A DNA stretch of 64,000 nucleotides from Candidatus Cloacimonadota bacterium (GCA_049903315.1 JBNGBT010000002.1:96001-160000); one strand, 5' to 3'. Shown: positions 30,635 through 39,965, numbered from the stretch's first letter. The notes: generated by a model from the sequence alone, not told the origin. Translations and numbers: made by a program.

Positions 30635-33205
30635 ATGAAAGTTCGTTTGAAAATATTATTCATTCTTACTTGTTTATTAATAGCGGTTTTAGTTTTGAAT
30701 ACAAATCTATTAGCCCAGAATTATTGCCTTAATTTTGATGGTAATGATTACGCAACATTAGGTTCTGGTCTTTGTGACTCATTCACCGATGGCACAGAGA
30801 TCACGATTGAATTTTGGTTCAGGGGAACAACGATTAATTCGGCAGTGCGTTTACAAAACGGAAATAGCCCTTATATAATTGCCGGTTGGAGTTATAGCGG
30901 AAATATCGCATTTTCCGTTAGTAACGATGGTCATGTTGTCATCGCAACACCTTCTGCGTTGCAAGATGGTAACTGGCATCATATCGCCTGTACATGGAAG
31001 GCAAATACTGCTGATGGGATGAAAACCTATGTTGATGGCATATTTCAAAATCAAAGAACCACAACAGCAGCAGGATTGCCAGATGTAAATAGTGGTGGTT
31101 ATCTGGGTTGCTATGCTGGTAGCAGTGAATACATAAATGGCAAGCTGGATGAAGTGCGGATCTGGAATGTGGTGCGCAGCCAAACTGACATACAGCAAAA
31201 TATGGGAGAAAGCTTAACCGGAGGCGAAAGCGGTCTTGTGGCATATTACAAAATGAATCAATCCTCAGGAACAAACATAGACGATGCCACTAGCAATGAA
31301 TACGATGCTACTTTTGGCACCTACCCAGAGTACGCTCCAGACTGGAGTCCACTCGATTTTTCAGGAGGTTACGGATCAGCGGATGCACCCTGGCAGATTG
31401 CAAATCTAACTGATCTTAGTACGCTGTCTGACGGTTCATCTTATTGGGATGAATGCTTTTTGCAAACCGCAGATATCGATGCTTCAAGCACTTCAACGTG
31501 GAACAGCGGGGCTGGTTGGTCACCTATTGGAACCGGCTGGGATAATGCTTTTTTCGGGACATACGATGGTGGTAATTACACAATCAGCGGTATTACGATT
31601 GAAAGAAATGCAGGTAATCAAGGTCTATTTGGCATTGTAAGAAATGCTAACATTAAAAATATGAATTTAACCGATGTTACTGTCAGTATTACTGGAACTA
31701 GTACAGAAGGTTCTAGTTACAATATCGGGGCTATGATCGGAAACAGTAATTCAAGTATTATAAATAATTGTTTTGTCAGCGGTACTGTAAAAGGTTTTAA
31801 GTATATTGGTGGTTTGGTCGGAAGAAATAACGCTGGAACAATTTCCAACTGCTCTTTTGAAGGAATAGTTACATATTATGCTCTTACTTCTGCAAGAGAA
31901 AATTTGGGCGGTTTGATTGGTTATAATGAAAATAACGCTCAGATAGAAGATTGTTACGCCGATATCACTGTGTCTGGGTACAACGGTTTTTACGCTGGTG
32001 GCCTAATAGGAACTAATGATGCATCAAGCGTGTTACGCTGTTATTCTATTGGTTCGGTCGGAAACAATTATTACGTTGGTGGTTTAGTTGGTAAAAATAC
32101 TAATTCTTCAGAAATTTCAGAATCATACAGCACCGCAAGTGTTGGAGCAAACAGTAATGTTGCCGGTGGTTTGGTTGGGAATAACAATGGTTCCACTATA
32201 AGAAATTGTTACAGTCGTGGTCCAGTAACACGCGGCCAAGGTAGTGATGGTTCTTTCGGTAGTTTTATCGGAAAAAATGAGAATACTACTGTGATTGAAA
32301 ATTGCTATGCTACTGGTGCGGTCATTTATCAAAATGCAGATAATCCAACTGACAAAGGATTTATCGGAAATTATAATTCAACCGGTTGTTCTGACAACTT
32401 TTTTGATTCAGAAGCCACACAACAAAGTGGTGGAGCAGGCGCTACAGCAAAAGACACAGATGCAATGAAAGGAATTACACCAGGAAATACAATTACGGAA
32501 TGGGGCTGGAGTGGTACAGTATGGGAAAGAATAGGTGATAATTATCCACGACTTAAAGATAATCCGGATCCTACACTTCCGGTCACCCTTTCCACTTTTA
32601 CCGCTCAGTTCCTTGAAAACATGCCAACACTTTACTGGATTACTCAATCAGAAATGGACAACATTGGCTGGTTTGTGTATAGGAATGAAGAAGAAAATTT
32701 TACGAATGCAGAAGTAATATCCGAACTGATTGAAGGATACGGAACAACCACTCAACAGAAATTCTATATCTATGAAGATAATATAGATAATCTAAATGTT
32801 GGAGACACCTATTACTATTGGTTGGAATCGGTTGATTTCAGTGGAGTGGTACATCATTATAATAGAGTAGCTCACCTCACTATATCAGATCCTTTAGTGA
32901 ATCCTCCAATCATCGAGCCACCTATTGTATATGATCTTAAGAATGTGCCAAATCCTGTGAATACGAGTTCTAAGTTCCGGTTCACACTTGATAAAGCAAG
33001 TCTTGTATCTGTTTCAATTTATAACCTCAAAGGAGAATTAGTAAGAACTTTACCATCGGTTTTAGCTCCGGAAGATGAAACTTCGAGTATTTATTGGAAC
33101 GGTAAAGATGAGAATGGAAATGAACTTCAGCCGGGCGTGTATTTATATAAATTACTCGTAAATGGTAAAATCGCAGAGACGAAGAAGCTGATTCTAATAA
33201 AATAG
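30635..33205 (+). CDS. Secreted protein: LamG-like domain + GLUG repeats + LPV-Ig + FlgD-Ig/T9SS-like CTD
   Basis: Signal peptide; DGNWHHIA..GKLDEVRIWN (LamG); repeated GGLVG.N; LPVTLSTFTA; TKKLILIK end. Confidence 0.82.
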   Translation: MKVRLKILFILTCLLIAVLVLNTNLLAQNYCLNFDGNDYATLGSGLCDSFTDGTEITIEFWFRGTTINSAVRLQNGNSPYIIAGWSYSGNIAFSVSNDGHVVIATPSALQDGNWHHIACTWKANTADGMKTYVDGIFQNQRTTTAAGLPDVNSGGYLGCYAGSSEYINGKLDEVRIWNVVRSQTDIQQNMGESLTGGESGLVAYYKMNQSSGTNIDDATSNEYDATFGTYPEYAPDWSPLDFSGGYGSADAPWQIANLTDLSTLSDGSSYWDECFLQTADIDASSTSTWNSGAGWSPIGTGWDNAFFGTYDGGNYTISGITIERNAGNQGLFGIVRNANIKNMNLTDVTVSITGTSTEGSSYNIGAMIGNSNSSIINNCFVSGTVKGFKYIGGLVGRNNAGTISNCSFEGIVTYYALTSARENLGGLIGYNENNAQIEDCYADITVSGYNGFYAGGLIGTNDASSVLRCYSIGSVGNNYYVGGLVGKNTNSSEISESYSTASVGANSNVAGGLVGNNNGSTIRNCYSRGPVTRGQGSDGSFGSFIGKNENTTVIENCYATGAVIYQNADNPTDKGFIGNYNSTGCSDNFFDSEATQQSGGAGATAKDTDAMKGITPGNTITEWGWSGTVWERIGDNYPRLKDNPDPTLPVTLSTFTAQFLENMPTLYWITQSEMDNIGWFVYRNEEENFTNAEVISELIEGYGTTTQQKFYIYEDNIDNLNVGDTYYYWLESVDFSGVVHHYNRVAHLTISDPLVNPPIIEPPIVYDLKNVPNPVNTSSKFRFTLDKASLVSVSIYNLKGELVRTLPSVLAPEDETSSIYWNGKDENGNELQPGVYLYKLLVNGKIAETKKLILIK

Positions 33206-33208
33206 TAT

Positions 33209-33307
33209 TTCTCGGACTTGACTTCACGGGAATGAAATGACAGCGGAGTTAAGAACGAGAGGTATAAACGGAACTTCGCATTATGCTTCACCAAGCTGGG
33301 GCTTGGT
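33209..33307. repeat. Two palindromic REP-like hairpins between convergent genes
   Basis: Imperfect stem CTCG..GACTTC/GGAGTT..CGAG (33211-33259) around AATGAAATGA; ACCAAGC-TGGG-GCTTGGT (33290-33307). Confidence 0.6.
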
Positions 33308-33337
33308 AAAGAGTGAATAAAAGTATATAGGATTGTG

Positions 33338-33997
33338 TTATAATAAATTCTGCAACTCTCTTATATCCTCAATCACATAATCAGCTTCCTCTAACTCTTC
33401 CTGTTTCCCATATCCGTACAGACAGCCGATCGTAATACAATTATTTGCTTTCCCGGATTCTACATCATAATACCGATCGCCCACTACAACTGCTTTCTTG
33501 CTTTTCAATTTTTTTATAAAATCTGAAATAATAGAGATTTTATCCAATCCTACTCTTTCCCCAATACATTGAGATATATCGATATATTTATCCAGATTGA
33601 ATACGTTTTTCACATTACCAAAATATCGCATCGAACAATTGCTTTCAAGCCCGATCCGGTAACCTTGCTGTTTCAAGTATTTCAGCATTTCTTTTGTGCC
33701 CGGGAAGAGCATTCCTTTACCTGATTTCAGCGCTAATTCTTCATGGTCCTGAATACCTTCGTGGAGTTCATCGATGAGATGCTTGTGCTGTTCATCTAAT
33801 AAATCGAGATAAAACTGTACAGAGGGCTGTCCGATCTTTCCCAGGATGAGTTCGGCAGGAGGTAATTCTTTTTTAATATTATGATGTTCGTACAGATCAC
33901 ACAATGCATCCCGTATCGCTGTGACCGCATACGTGTCGGACTTCAGCAAGGTGCCGTCCATATCGAAAATAACCAAATCTATATCTTTAATCTTCAT
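33338..33997 (-). CDS. HAD-family hydrolase (phosphoglycolate phosphatase-like)
   Basis: FDMDGTL motif I, VVGDRYYD motif IV, GCLYGYG. Confidence 0.9.
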   Translation of the reverse strand: MKIKDIDLVIFDMDGTLLKSDTYAVTAIRDALCDLYEHHNIKKELPPAELILGKIGQPSVQFYLDLLDEQHKHLIDELHEGIQDHEELALKSGKGMLFPGTKEMLKYLKQQGYRIGLESNCSMRYFGNVKNVFNLDKYIDISQCIGERVGLDKISIISDFIKKLKSKKAVVVGDRYYDVESGKANNCITIGCLYGYGKQEELEEADYVIEDIRELQNLL

Positions 33998-34015
33998 ATT
34001 TTAATAGAACACAGA

Positions 34016-34031
34016 TCCGCCAGCTGGCGGA
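34016..34031. repeat. Perfect 16-bp palindrome TCCGCCAGCTGGCGGA inside short ACAGAT/CTGAT-type repeats
   Basis: Direct reading; GC-rich palindrome in an AT-rich intergenic stretch containing repeated CAGAT units. Confidence 0.7.
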
Positions 34032-34125
34032 CACGTTAACACTGATTATACAGATTTTCGCAGATACAGATAACAGGAATTATTAGAAAAGTATTCAGCG
34101 TTCATCACCGTGCTTTTGTGTACCT

Positions 34126-34857
34126 TTATTTATTTGATATAAGAAAATACATAACTAACAAGAAGAGCAAAAAAGCTATAATTTGAATAATGTAGTCAAA
34201 CCATTTGAGTTTTTGAGATATGTAATACGTTCGCCCTGGGTGCAGTCTGAATCCTTTTAAATCCAATGCTATCGCGCGGAATTTCACCGTGTGCATTGCT
34301 TGTGCAAGTACAGGAAAAATGATCGCGGAGAATGAAGGTAATTTTCTAAAAAGGTGTATTTTTCTAAAACTGATCTCTCGAAAACGAAGCTGCTCTTTTG
34401 TGATCTTTAGCTGTTCTTCGAACATACGGACGAAATAAAAAGTGCTGGCTATCATCAAACAGATTTCATAGGGGAATTTCCATGCCCTTAATGCAAGGAT
34501 AAAGTTATAATAAGGAATATCAAACAAAAGCGATACGATGAGCAAAAGAATAAGCAAACGGATACTCACAATACATGCGATCAGCATTCCTTCAGAATAG
34601 AGTGTGATGAATTTCCAGTGAAAAAGCACAGTGCCGTCATGCCGGAAAAGCATTTGCATAATAAAAAGAAAAATGATCAAAATGAGCAGAAAACGCAGTC
34701 TTTTCCAGAGGAGAGCAAATCTTTTTTTTGTAGGATTTAAAGCAAATACAAGGACAAGGCAGATCGCACACAAAAGCACAAGGTGCACTATATTATGCAA
34801 GATGAGGGAGAGAGATGAAATAATGACAGAAATTATAAGATATGTGCGCGTGTTCAT
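34126..34857 (-). CDS. ECF transporter transmembrane component T
   Basis: TM-rich, coupling helices ..QLRFR.. and ALDLKGF; adjacent to two ABC ATPases and an S component. Confidence 0.82.
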   Translation of the reverse strand: MNTRTYLIISVIISSLSLILHNIVHLVLLCAICLVLVFALNPTKKRFALLWKRLRFLLILIIFLFIMQMLFRHDGTVLFHWKFITLYSEGMLIACIVSIRLLILLLIVSLLFDIPYYNFILALRAWKFPYEICLMIASTFYFVRMFEEQLKITKEQLRFREISFRKIHLFRKLPSFSAIIFPVLAQAMHTVKFRAIALDLKGFRLHPGRTYYISQKLKWFDYIIQIIAFLLFLLVMYFLISNK

Positions 34858-35525
34858 TTGTTTCCTATGATGTGCGTAATGTGTGTATCAGCGATCTCAT
34901 ATACGCTGTCTGCAACAAGCGTAAATGCATTGGGTTTTTGCGTGGCGATAAGCGCACCTATTCCTGCCAGTTTTTGTTGAGCAAGTATGGACAGGAGGAT
35001 ATTTACTCCTTCATTATCAAGCCCGAAAAGCGGATCGTCGAGTATCCAGAATTTGTGTTTATTTAAAAGAAGTCCGGCGAGAACCACCCTTTTTTGCTGC
35101 CCTGTGCTGAGCTCCCAAAGAGGTTCGTCAATAAGGTCTTTCAGCCCGAACCTCTCAAAGATATGCACTCTTTCTTCCTTGAATTTTTCATTATCATTTC
35201 TTTGAAATTTATGCTGCCAGAGTGAGAGGTCTTCAGCGGGAGTTGCACCAAGCAAATTATTCTGAGTTTGTTCCTGTACATACACAACTTTTGAAGTGAT
35301 ATACGACTGATCTATCGCTTGGAAATTCTTTTCTTCAAAGAAAATATTTCCCGAATATGAGGGCAGTAATTTATACAAAATTTTACATAAAGTAGATTTT
35401 CCGCTTCCATTCTCGCCAGAAATAACGGTTACTTCATTACGAAAAATTTCAAGATCGATTGTATCAAAGATGAGTTTCATTTCATATGAGAAGCTGAGAT
35501 TGTTTAAAGAAAATAGCGGTTTCAT
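34854..35525 (-). CDS. ECF transporter ATPase (short, degenerate motifs)
   Basis: GENGSGKS, LSTGQ, Walker B reads ILDDP. Confidence 0.82.
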   Translation of the reverse strand: MKPLFSLNNLSFSYEMKLIFDTIDLEIFRNEVTVISGENGSGKSTLCKILYKLLPSYSGNIFFEEKNFQAIDQSYITSKVVYVQEQTQNNLLGATPAEDLSLWQHKFQRNDNEKFKEERVHIFERFGLKDLIDEPLWELSTGQQKRVVLAGLLLNKHKFWILDDPLFGLDNEGVNILLSILAQQKLAGIGALIATQKPNAFTLVADSVYEIADTHITHIIGNK

Positions 35526-36169
35526 GAGAGGAGAATGACCTTGTCTGCGATGTCGTCAAATGTATGGGTTGTAGCGGAAATAATGATGAGTTTATCCTGC
35601 TTAAAATGCTGAATACATTTTTTCACATTACTGATAGAATCCGACGACAAACCGTCTTCGGGTTCATCGAGCAGAATAATGTCAGGTGAAAGCGTAAAAA
35701 CAGAAGCAATGGTCACGAGCTTTTTTTGCCCGTACGAAAGAGTCGCAATTTCTGATTTCAGCAAATGAGTTAATCCCAAAAATTCAGAAACATTCTCAAT
35801 TCTCTTTCGGATTTCCTTCACCGGTATTTTCAGGTTTTCGGGACCAAATGAAAGTTCATGCTCGACTTGTGGAAAACTCAGCTGCATTTCCGGTTCCTGG
35901 AAAACCATGCTGATGAGGGGTGAGAGTTCCGGCAAAGTTAGTGCGTTGATATCAATATCATCGATGAGAATTTGTCCTCCGATAGCGGCTTTTATCACTT
36001 TGGGAATTATGCTGCAGAGCATTGAAAGCAGAGTCGTTTTTCCGCACCCGTTCTGTCCTTTTAGTAACACAAGTTCATTTTTATCTGCTGAAAAGTTCAG
36101 ATCTTTAATAAGCCAATCATCTGTTTGGTTGTATTTGAGAAAGAGATTTTGTGCGTGAAGAAAAGCCAT
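35522..36169 (-). CDS. ECF transporter ATPase (short)
   Basis: GQNGCGKT, MVFQEP, FGPENL, LSYGQ, LLDEP. Confidence 0.85.
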   Translation of the reverse strand: MAFLHAQNLFLKYNQTDDWLIKDLNFSADKNELVLLKGQNGCGKTTLLSMLCSIIPKVIKAAIGGQILIDDIDINALTLPELSPLISMVFQEPEMQLSFPQVEHELSFGPENLKIPVKEIRKRIENVSEFLGLTHLLKSEIATLSYGQKKLVTIASVFTLSPDIILLDEPEDGLSSDSISNVKKCIQHFKQDKLIIISATTHTFDDIADKVILLS

Positions 36170-36170
36170 A

Positions 36171-36713
36171 TTATTTCTGAGCAAATCCGAAAAATTGGAG
36201 ACGTTTAAATATCACAATAGAAAGTAGCCCTCCAACTATTCCAGAAAGGAAACTCAAGCCCAATGAAATTAAAAGTGGAATGAAGGGAAGCTGCCAGATG
36301 AGGATAGAAACGATAAGAGTTCCTGCGAGGTTTGCAGTTATACACAGAATAATATGCGAAAGAGGTTTGGAGAAATCTTTTATGAAAAATGCGGTGATAT
36401 CCGCAGTAAGACCGGGCAAAGTAAACGTAATTAATGAAAGCGCTCCGTGCGTACCGATGTAGCCAAGTGCAAGCATGACAATTCCCTGGATGAAACCAAC
36501 CAAAAATCCTGTCCAAGGTTTTCGGACGGTTGCAATTGCCAGCACGATCCACATCATATACAAGCCGCCAAACATAGAACCGCCTGTGATCATCAGCATG
36601 CGGGAAAGCATCTGTGCAACAGGAGTGATGAGCGGTTTGATTGCCAGCCCCAGTGCGCTGAAGATCGCAATATAAAGCAAATCTTGAGTGGTAAATTTTT
36701 TAAGAAATTTCAT
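36171..36713 (-). CDS. ECF transporter substrate-specific S component
   Basis: 180 aa, about six TMs, FTTQDLLYIAIFSAL N-terminus, first gene of the ECF operon; substrate unknown. Confidence 0.78.
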   Translation of the reverse strand: MKFLKKFTTQDLLYIAIFSALGLAIKPLITPVAQMLSRMLMITGGSMFGGLYMMWIVLAIATVRKPWTGFLVGFIQGIVMLALGYIGTHGALSLITFTLPGLTADITAFFIKDFSKPLSHIILCITANLAGTLIVSILIWQLPFIPLLISLGLSFLSGIVGGLLSIVIFKRLQFFGFAQK

Positions 36714-36820
36714 ATTTGATTTAGTATTTCCATTTCATAATAATTATATCCAATTTAGAGAGATGTGGTTAAAGTATGTGAATTTTATTCTTGAAAATTA
36801 TAATTATAGTCGATGATCAA

Positions 36821-36848
36821 TGAGTAGTCAGGAACAACTCCCTGACTT
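36821..36848 (+). repeat. GTAG-type REP-like hairpin, copy 1
   Basis: TGAGTAGTCAGGAACAACTCCCTGACTT; 26/28 identical to 37462-37489. Confidence 0.8.
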
Positions 36849-36854
36849 AACTAA

Positions 36855-37388
36855 TTAACCAGTTATATTTAAATCACCTAACTTTAAACCAAGAGGTAAA
36901 GGAGCAACGATTTGAAGTCCCGTATCCCAGCGTGTATGACCTGGCAAGAAAATAATGTCTAAGGTTGGGAAGATAATACAGCCGGAAAAAACAGTCATTC
37001 TCGGTGCTGTTTTATGTATTCCATTTTCTTTATAGAATATTATACCAGCTCCTCCTCCGGTGTAAAGAGTGAGTAAATCCTTTTTTGATTTTAACTTTAA
37101 TGCAGCCCCAAACTGTACGTCTAGATAATCATATTTTTCAAAATTGGGATCGGTTACATAAGCATCTTGAAGTACAGGATATTTGCATCCGTATGTGATG
37201 TTTACAAAACCACCTTCGAACATAATACCAAGACTGATCTTTGTGCTAAAGGTGAATTTTTTCTCGAAATCCCAGCCGAACCTAATTCCGGGACTTATAT
37301 ATGGACTAATTTTCCACTCACCGGCGGAACAGAGAATCGGAGTACAAACAACTATGTATATAAGAACAAATATTATTATTTTTTTCAT
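36855..37388 (-). CDS. Hypothetical exported protein, possibly a small beta-barrel
   Basis: MKKIIIFVLIYIVV signal peptide after AAGGA; amphipathic Gly/aromatic beta-strand pattern. Confidence 0.6.
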   Translation of the reverse strand: MKKIIIFVLIYIVVCTPILCSAGEWKISPYISPGIRFGWDFEKKFTFSTKISLGIMFEGGFVNITYGCKYPVLQDAYVTDPNFEKYDYLDVQFGAALKLKSKKDLLTLYTGGGAGIIFYKENGIHKTAPRMTVFSGCIIFPTLDIIFLPGHTRWDTGLQIVAPLPLGLKLGDLNITG

Positions 37389-37461
37389 AAAGATCCTTCT
37401 TACTGAAAGCACATTTGGCATACAAAGTTTATAGTCAAGTTTTACATGAGAAAATTTTCTT

Positions 37462-37489
37462 TGAGTAGTCAGGGACCACTCCCTGACTT
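37462..37489 (+). repeat. GTAG-type REP-like hairpin, copy 2
   Basis: AGTCAGGGA-CCAC-TCCCTGACT perfect 9-bp stem with GTAG at its foot. Confidence 0.8.
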
Positions 37490-37535
37490 GCAGGAGTGTC
37501 ACGGAATGGTCCATGAAACCTCTGTTATTTGATGG

Positions 37536-37555
37536 ATTCCTGCTTCCGCAGGAAT
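37536..37555. repeat. ATTCC-N10-GGAAT hairpin (dRS3-like pattern)
   Basis: ATTCCTGC-TTCC-GCAGGAAT, perfect 8-bp stem. Confidence 0.65.
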
Positions 37556-37613
37556 GAAATACTTTTTTCTTGTTTTTATTATATCTCAGCGTCCTCTGCG
37601 TCTTCTTTTTTTG

Positions 37614-37643
37614 CTTGTTGCGGCGGAGTGAAACGTAGACGAA
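37614..37643 (+). repeat. 30-bp small interspersed element, copy A
   Basis: CTTGTTGCGGCGGAGTGAAACGTAGACGAA; aligns without gaps to the copies at 39966, 40064 and 55195. Confidence 0.7.
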
Positions 37644-37713
37644 CGTACTCTTCGTGAAATCTTTTATGCTTTTCTTTCTTTACCACTTCCTTGCGGGTGA
37701 AATGTGAAATATC

Positions 37714-37888
37714 ATTCTTCATTTTCTCCTTGATGAGAAAACGAAGCAAAAGAATCACCCGCTGATTAAGAAAACACTAAAATTTTGTTTATAAAGCTAA
37801 AAGAATAACAACTCGCTTCGATCAAACAGTCATTCTTTTTGACGCTTTACTCACAAAATTTCTAAACGCATTTTCTTAATAGGCGGGG
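37714..37888. repeat. About 175-nt structured element (short hairpin plus long imperfect hairpin); MITE-like or ncRNA
   Basis: TTTTCTC/GAGAAAA stem, then paired segments CCCGC/GCGGG, ATTAAGAAAA/TTTTCTTAAT, AAATTTTGT/ACAAAATTT, TAAAGC/GCTTTA, AAAAGAAT/ATTCTTTT. Confidence 0.65.
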
Positions 37889-38087
37889 AAATGTGAGGAT
37901 ATACACATTTAAAATTGTTATTTAATCTCAGCGCTCTCTGCGGTTTTATCCTTTGCGTGCTCTGCGTGAAATCTTTTTTCGTATTTTTCGTGGTTTTCTC
38001 AAATTTGTGTACAAATCGGGCAAGAACTTGACATGAAATTTTATGTCCGGTTAGAAGCTATTCAAAATAATATCAGTGGTGAACACG

Positions 38088-38303
38088 ATGTCAGAGAAGC
38101 GTATTACGAAAGAGATGTGGGTTGAAGAAATTCTGGAGAAATATCCCGCAGCACAGGAATTCCTTTCAAAGAAAAATATCGTGTGTGTGATGTGCGGCGA
38201 ACCGGTGTGGGGTTCTCTGGAGGAACTCATGCAGGACAAGGATTTTTCCGATGAGGAAATCGACACAATTATTAAAGAATTAAATAAATTTATAAAGGAA
38301 TAG
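38088..38303 (+). CDS. DUF1858 domain small protein
   Basis: ITKEMWVEEILEKYP..CVMC..SLEE pattern. Confidence 0.75.
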   Translation: MSEKRITKEMWVEEILEKYPAAQEFLSKKNIVCVMCGEPVWGSLEELMQDKDFSDEEIDTIIKELNKFIKE

Positions 38304-38314
38304 GAGGTATTTTC

Positions 38315-39946
38315 ATGCCTAATGCAAAATTGCAGGTGCCAACTCCGATCAATGAACCGATCCTCGGTTATCGGGCTGGGTCACCTGAGAAGAAACTTCT
38401 TAAAGAAACGCTCACAGAGATGATGAGCACAGAGATCGAGATTCCGCTTATTATTGGCGGGAAAGAGATCAAAACCGGAAATTTTGGCGAATGCAGAATT
38501 CCGCATGATCACAAGCATATTATCGGGAAATATCACAAGGCAGGACCCAAAGAAGTTGAGATGGCTATCGAAGCCGCTTTGGAAGCCCGCGAGAAATGGG
38601 CAGCCATGCCGTGGGAAGACCGTGTTGCGATCTTCCAGAGAGCAGCTCAACTCCTTGCCACGAAGTATCGACACATTATTAATGCCGCAACAATGCTCAC
38701 ACAAAGCAAAAATGCGTTCCAGGCAGAGATTGATTCTGCATGCGAGCTCATTGATTTTTTCCGATTCAATACCTATTATGCGATGAAGATCTATGAGCGT
38801 CAGCCGAATTCAGCACCCGGAATGTGGAATACTCTCGAACACCGCGCTCTGGAAGGATTTGTCTTTGCGGTGACGCCTTTTAATTTTACTTCAATAGCTG
38901 GAAATCTGCCTTCTGCACCGGCGATAATGGGTAATGTATCACTTTGGAAGCCAGCATCATCTGCTGTTTTTAGTGCGTATTATCTTATGAAATTATTCAA
39001 AGAAGCAGGCGTGCCGGACGGCGTGATAAACTTCATTCCCGGTTCAGGCGCACAGGTTGGAAATCCAGTTCTGCAGAGTCCCGATCTTGCCGGCATACAC
39101 TTTACAGGAAGCACTGTCACTTTCCAGAGTATGTGGAAAACCATCGGCAGGAATATCGAGCACTACAAAACATATCCACGCATCGTTGGAGAAACAGGCG
39201 GAAAGGACTTCATTGTTGCTCATCCTTCAGCGGATGTCGATGCTCTTAAAGTTGCAATCATAAGAGGTGCATTTGAGTATCAGGGGCAGAAATGCTCTGC
39301 AGCATCACGTGCGTATATACCAAAAGGTGTGTGGGCGCAACTCAAAGATCCGCTCATTGAGGAAATAAAATCTCTCAAAATGGGAGATGTCATGGACTTC
39401 AGAAACTTTGTGAATGCTGTTATCGATAGGGCTGCGTTTGATTCTATTACAGAATATATCAAATATGCGAAAGCTGCGAATGATGCAGAAATCCTCGTCG
39501 GTGGCAAGTTCGATGACTCAAAAGGTTACTTCATCGAACCAACTGTCATTCTTACTACCAATCCCAAATTCAAGACAATTCAGGAAGAGATATTCGGACC
39601 TGTTATCACAATATATATTTATGATGATGACAAATTTGAAGAGGTCCTTCATCTCTGTGATGAAACCTCGCCGTATGCATTGACAGGTGCCATTTTTGCG
39701 AATGATAGAGAAGCAATTCTTCTTGCAAAAGATATACTGAGAAATGCTGCGGGTAATTTCTATGTAAATGACAAACCAACCGGTGCAGTGGTCGGGCAGC
39801 AGCCCTTTGGCGGTGCTCGTGCATCAGGAACAAACGATAAAGCAGGCGATATGATCAATCTCCTTCGCTGGGTATCCCCCAGAACGATCAAAGAGACGTT
39901 CAACCCGCCGACAGATTATCGCTATCCCTTCCTTGAAGAAGAATAA
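38315..39946 (+). CDS. pruA: L-glutamate gamma-semialdehyde (P5C) dehydrogenase
   Basis: QAEIDSACELIDF, ETGGKDF, AFEYQGQKCSA, NDKPTGAVVGQQPFGG; GGAGG RBS. Confidence 0.95.
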   Translation: MPNAKLQVPTPINEPILGYRAGSPEKKLLKETLTEMMSTEIEIPLIIGGKEIKTGNFGECRIPHDHKHIIGKYHKAGPKEVEMAIEAALEAREKWAAMPWEDRVAIFQRAAQLLATKYRHIINAATMLTQSKNAFQAEIDSACELIDFFRFNTYYAMKIYERQPNSAPGMWNTLEHRALEGFVFAVTPFNFTSIAGNLPSAPAIMGNVSLWKPASSAVFSAYYLMKLFKEAGVPDGVINFIPGSGAQVGNPVLQSPDLAGIHFTGSTVTFQSMWKTIGRNIEHYKTYPRIVGETGGKDFIVAHPSADVDALKVAIIRGAFEYQGQKCSAASRAYIPKGVWAQLKDPLIEEIKSLKMGDVMDFRNFVNAVIDRAAFDSITEYIKYAKAANDAEILVGGKFDDSKGYFIEPTVILTTNPKFKTIQEEIFGPVITIYIYDDDKFEEVLHLCDETSPYALTGAIFANDREAILLAKDILRNAAGNFYVNDKPTGAVVGQQPFGGARASGTNDKAGDMINLLRWVSPRTIKETFNPPTDYRYPFLEEE

Positions 39947-39965
39947 ATGAATAAGATATTAACCA

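Noticed and set aside
36714..36820. Riboswitch upstream of the ECF S component
   Set aside because: Short AT-rich spacer with no recognisable cobalamin, TPP, FMN or SAM core motifs by eye; an Infernal search would be decisive
37389..37514. N-terminal extension of the 219-aa ORF
   Set aside because: Runs through the promoter and REP hairpin; the likely start is 37388
36821..38000. CRISPR array or integron attC array
   Set aside because: Only two copies of the 28-bp repeat, 641 bp apart; no regular repeat-spacer period; no cas gene or integrase; no RYYYAAC/GTTRRRY attC ends
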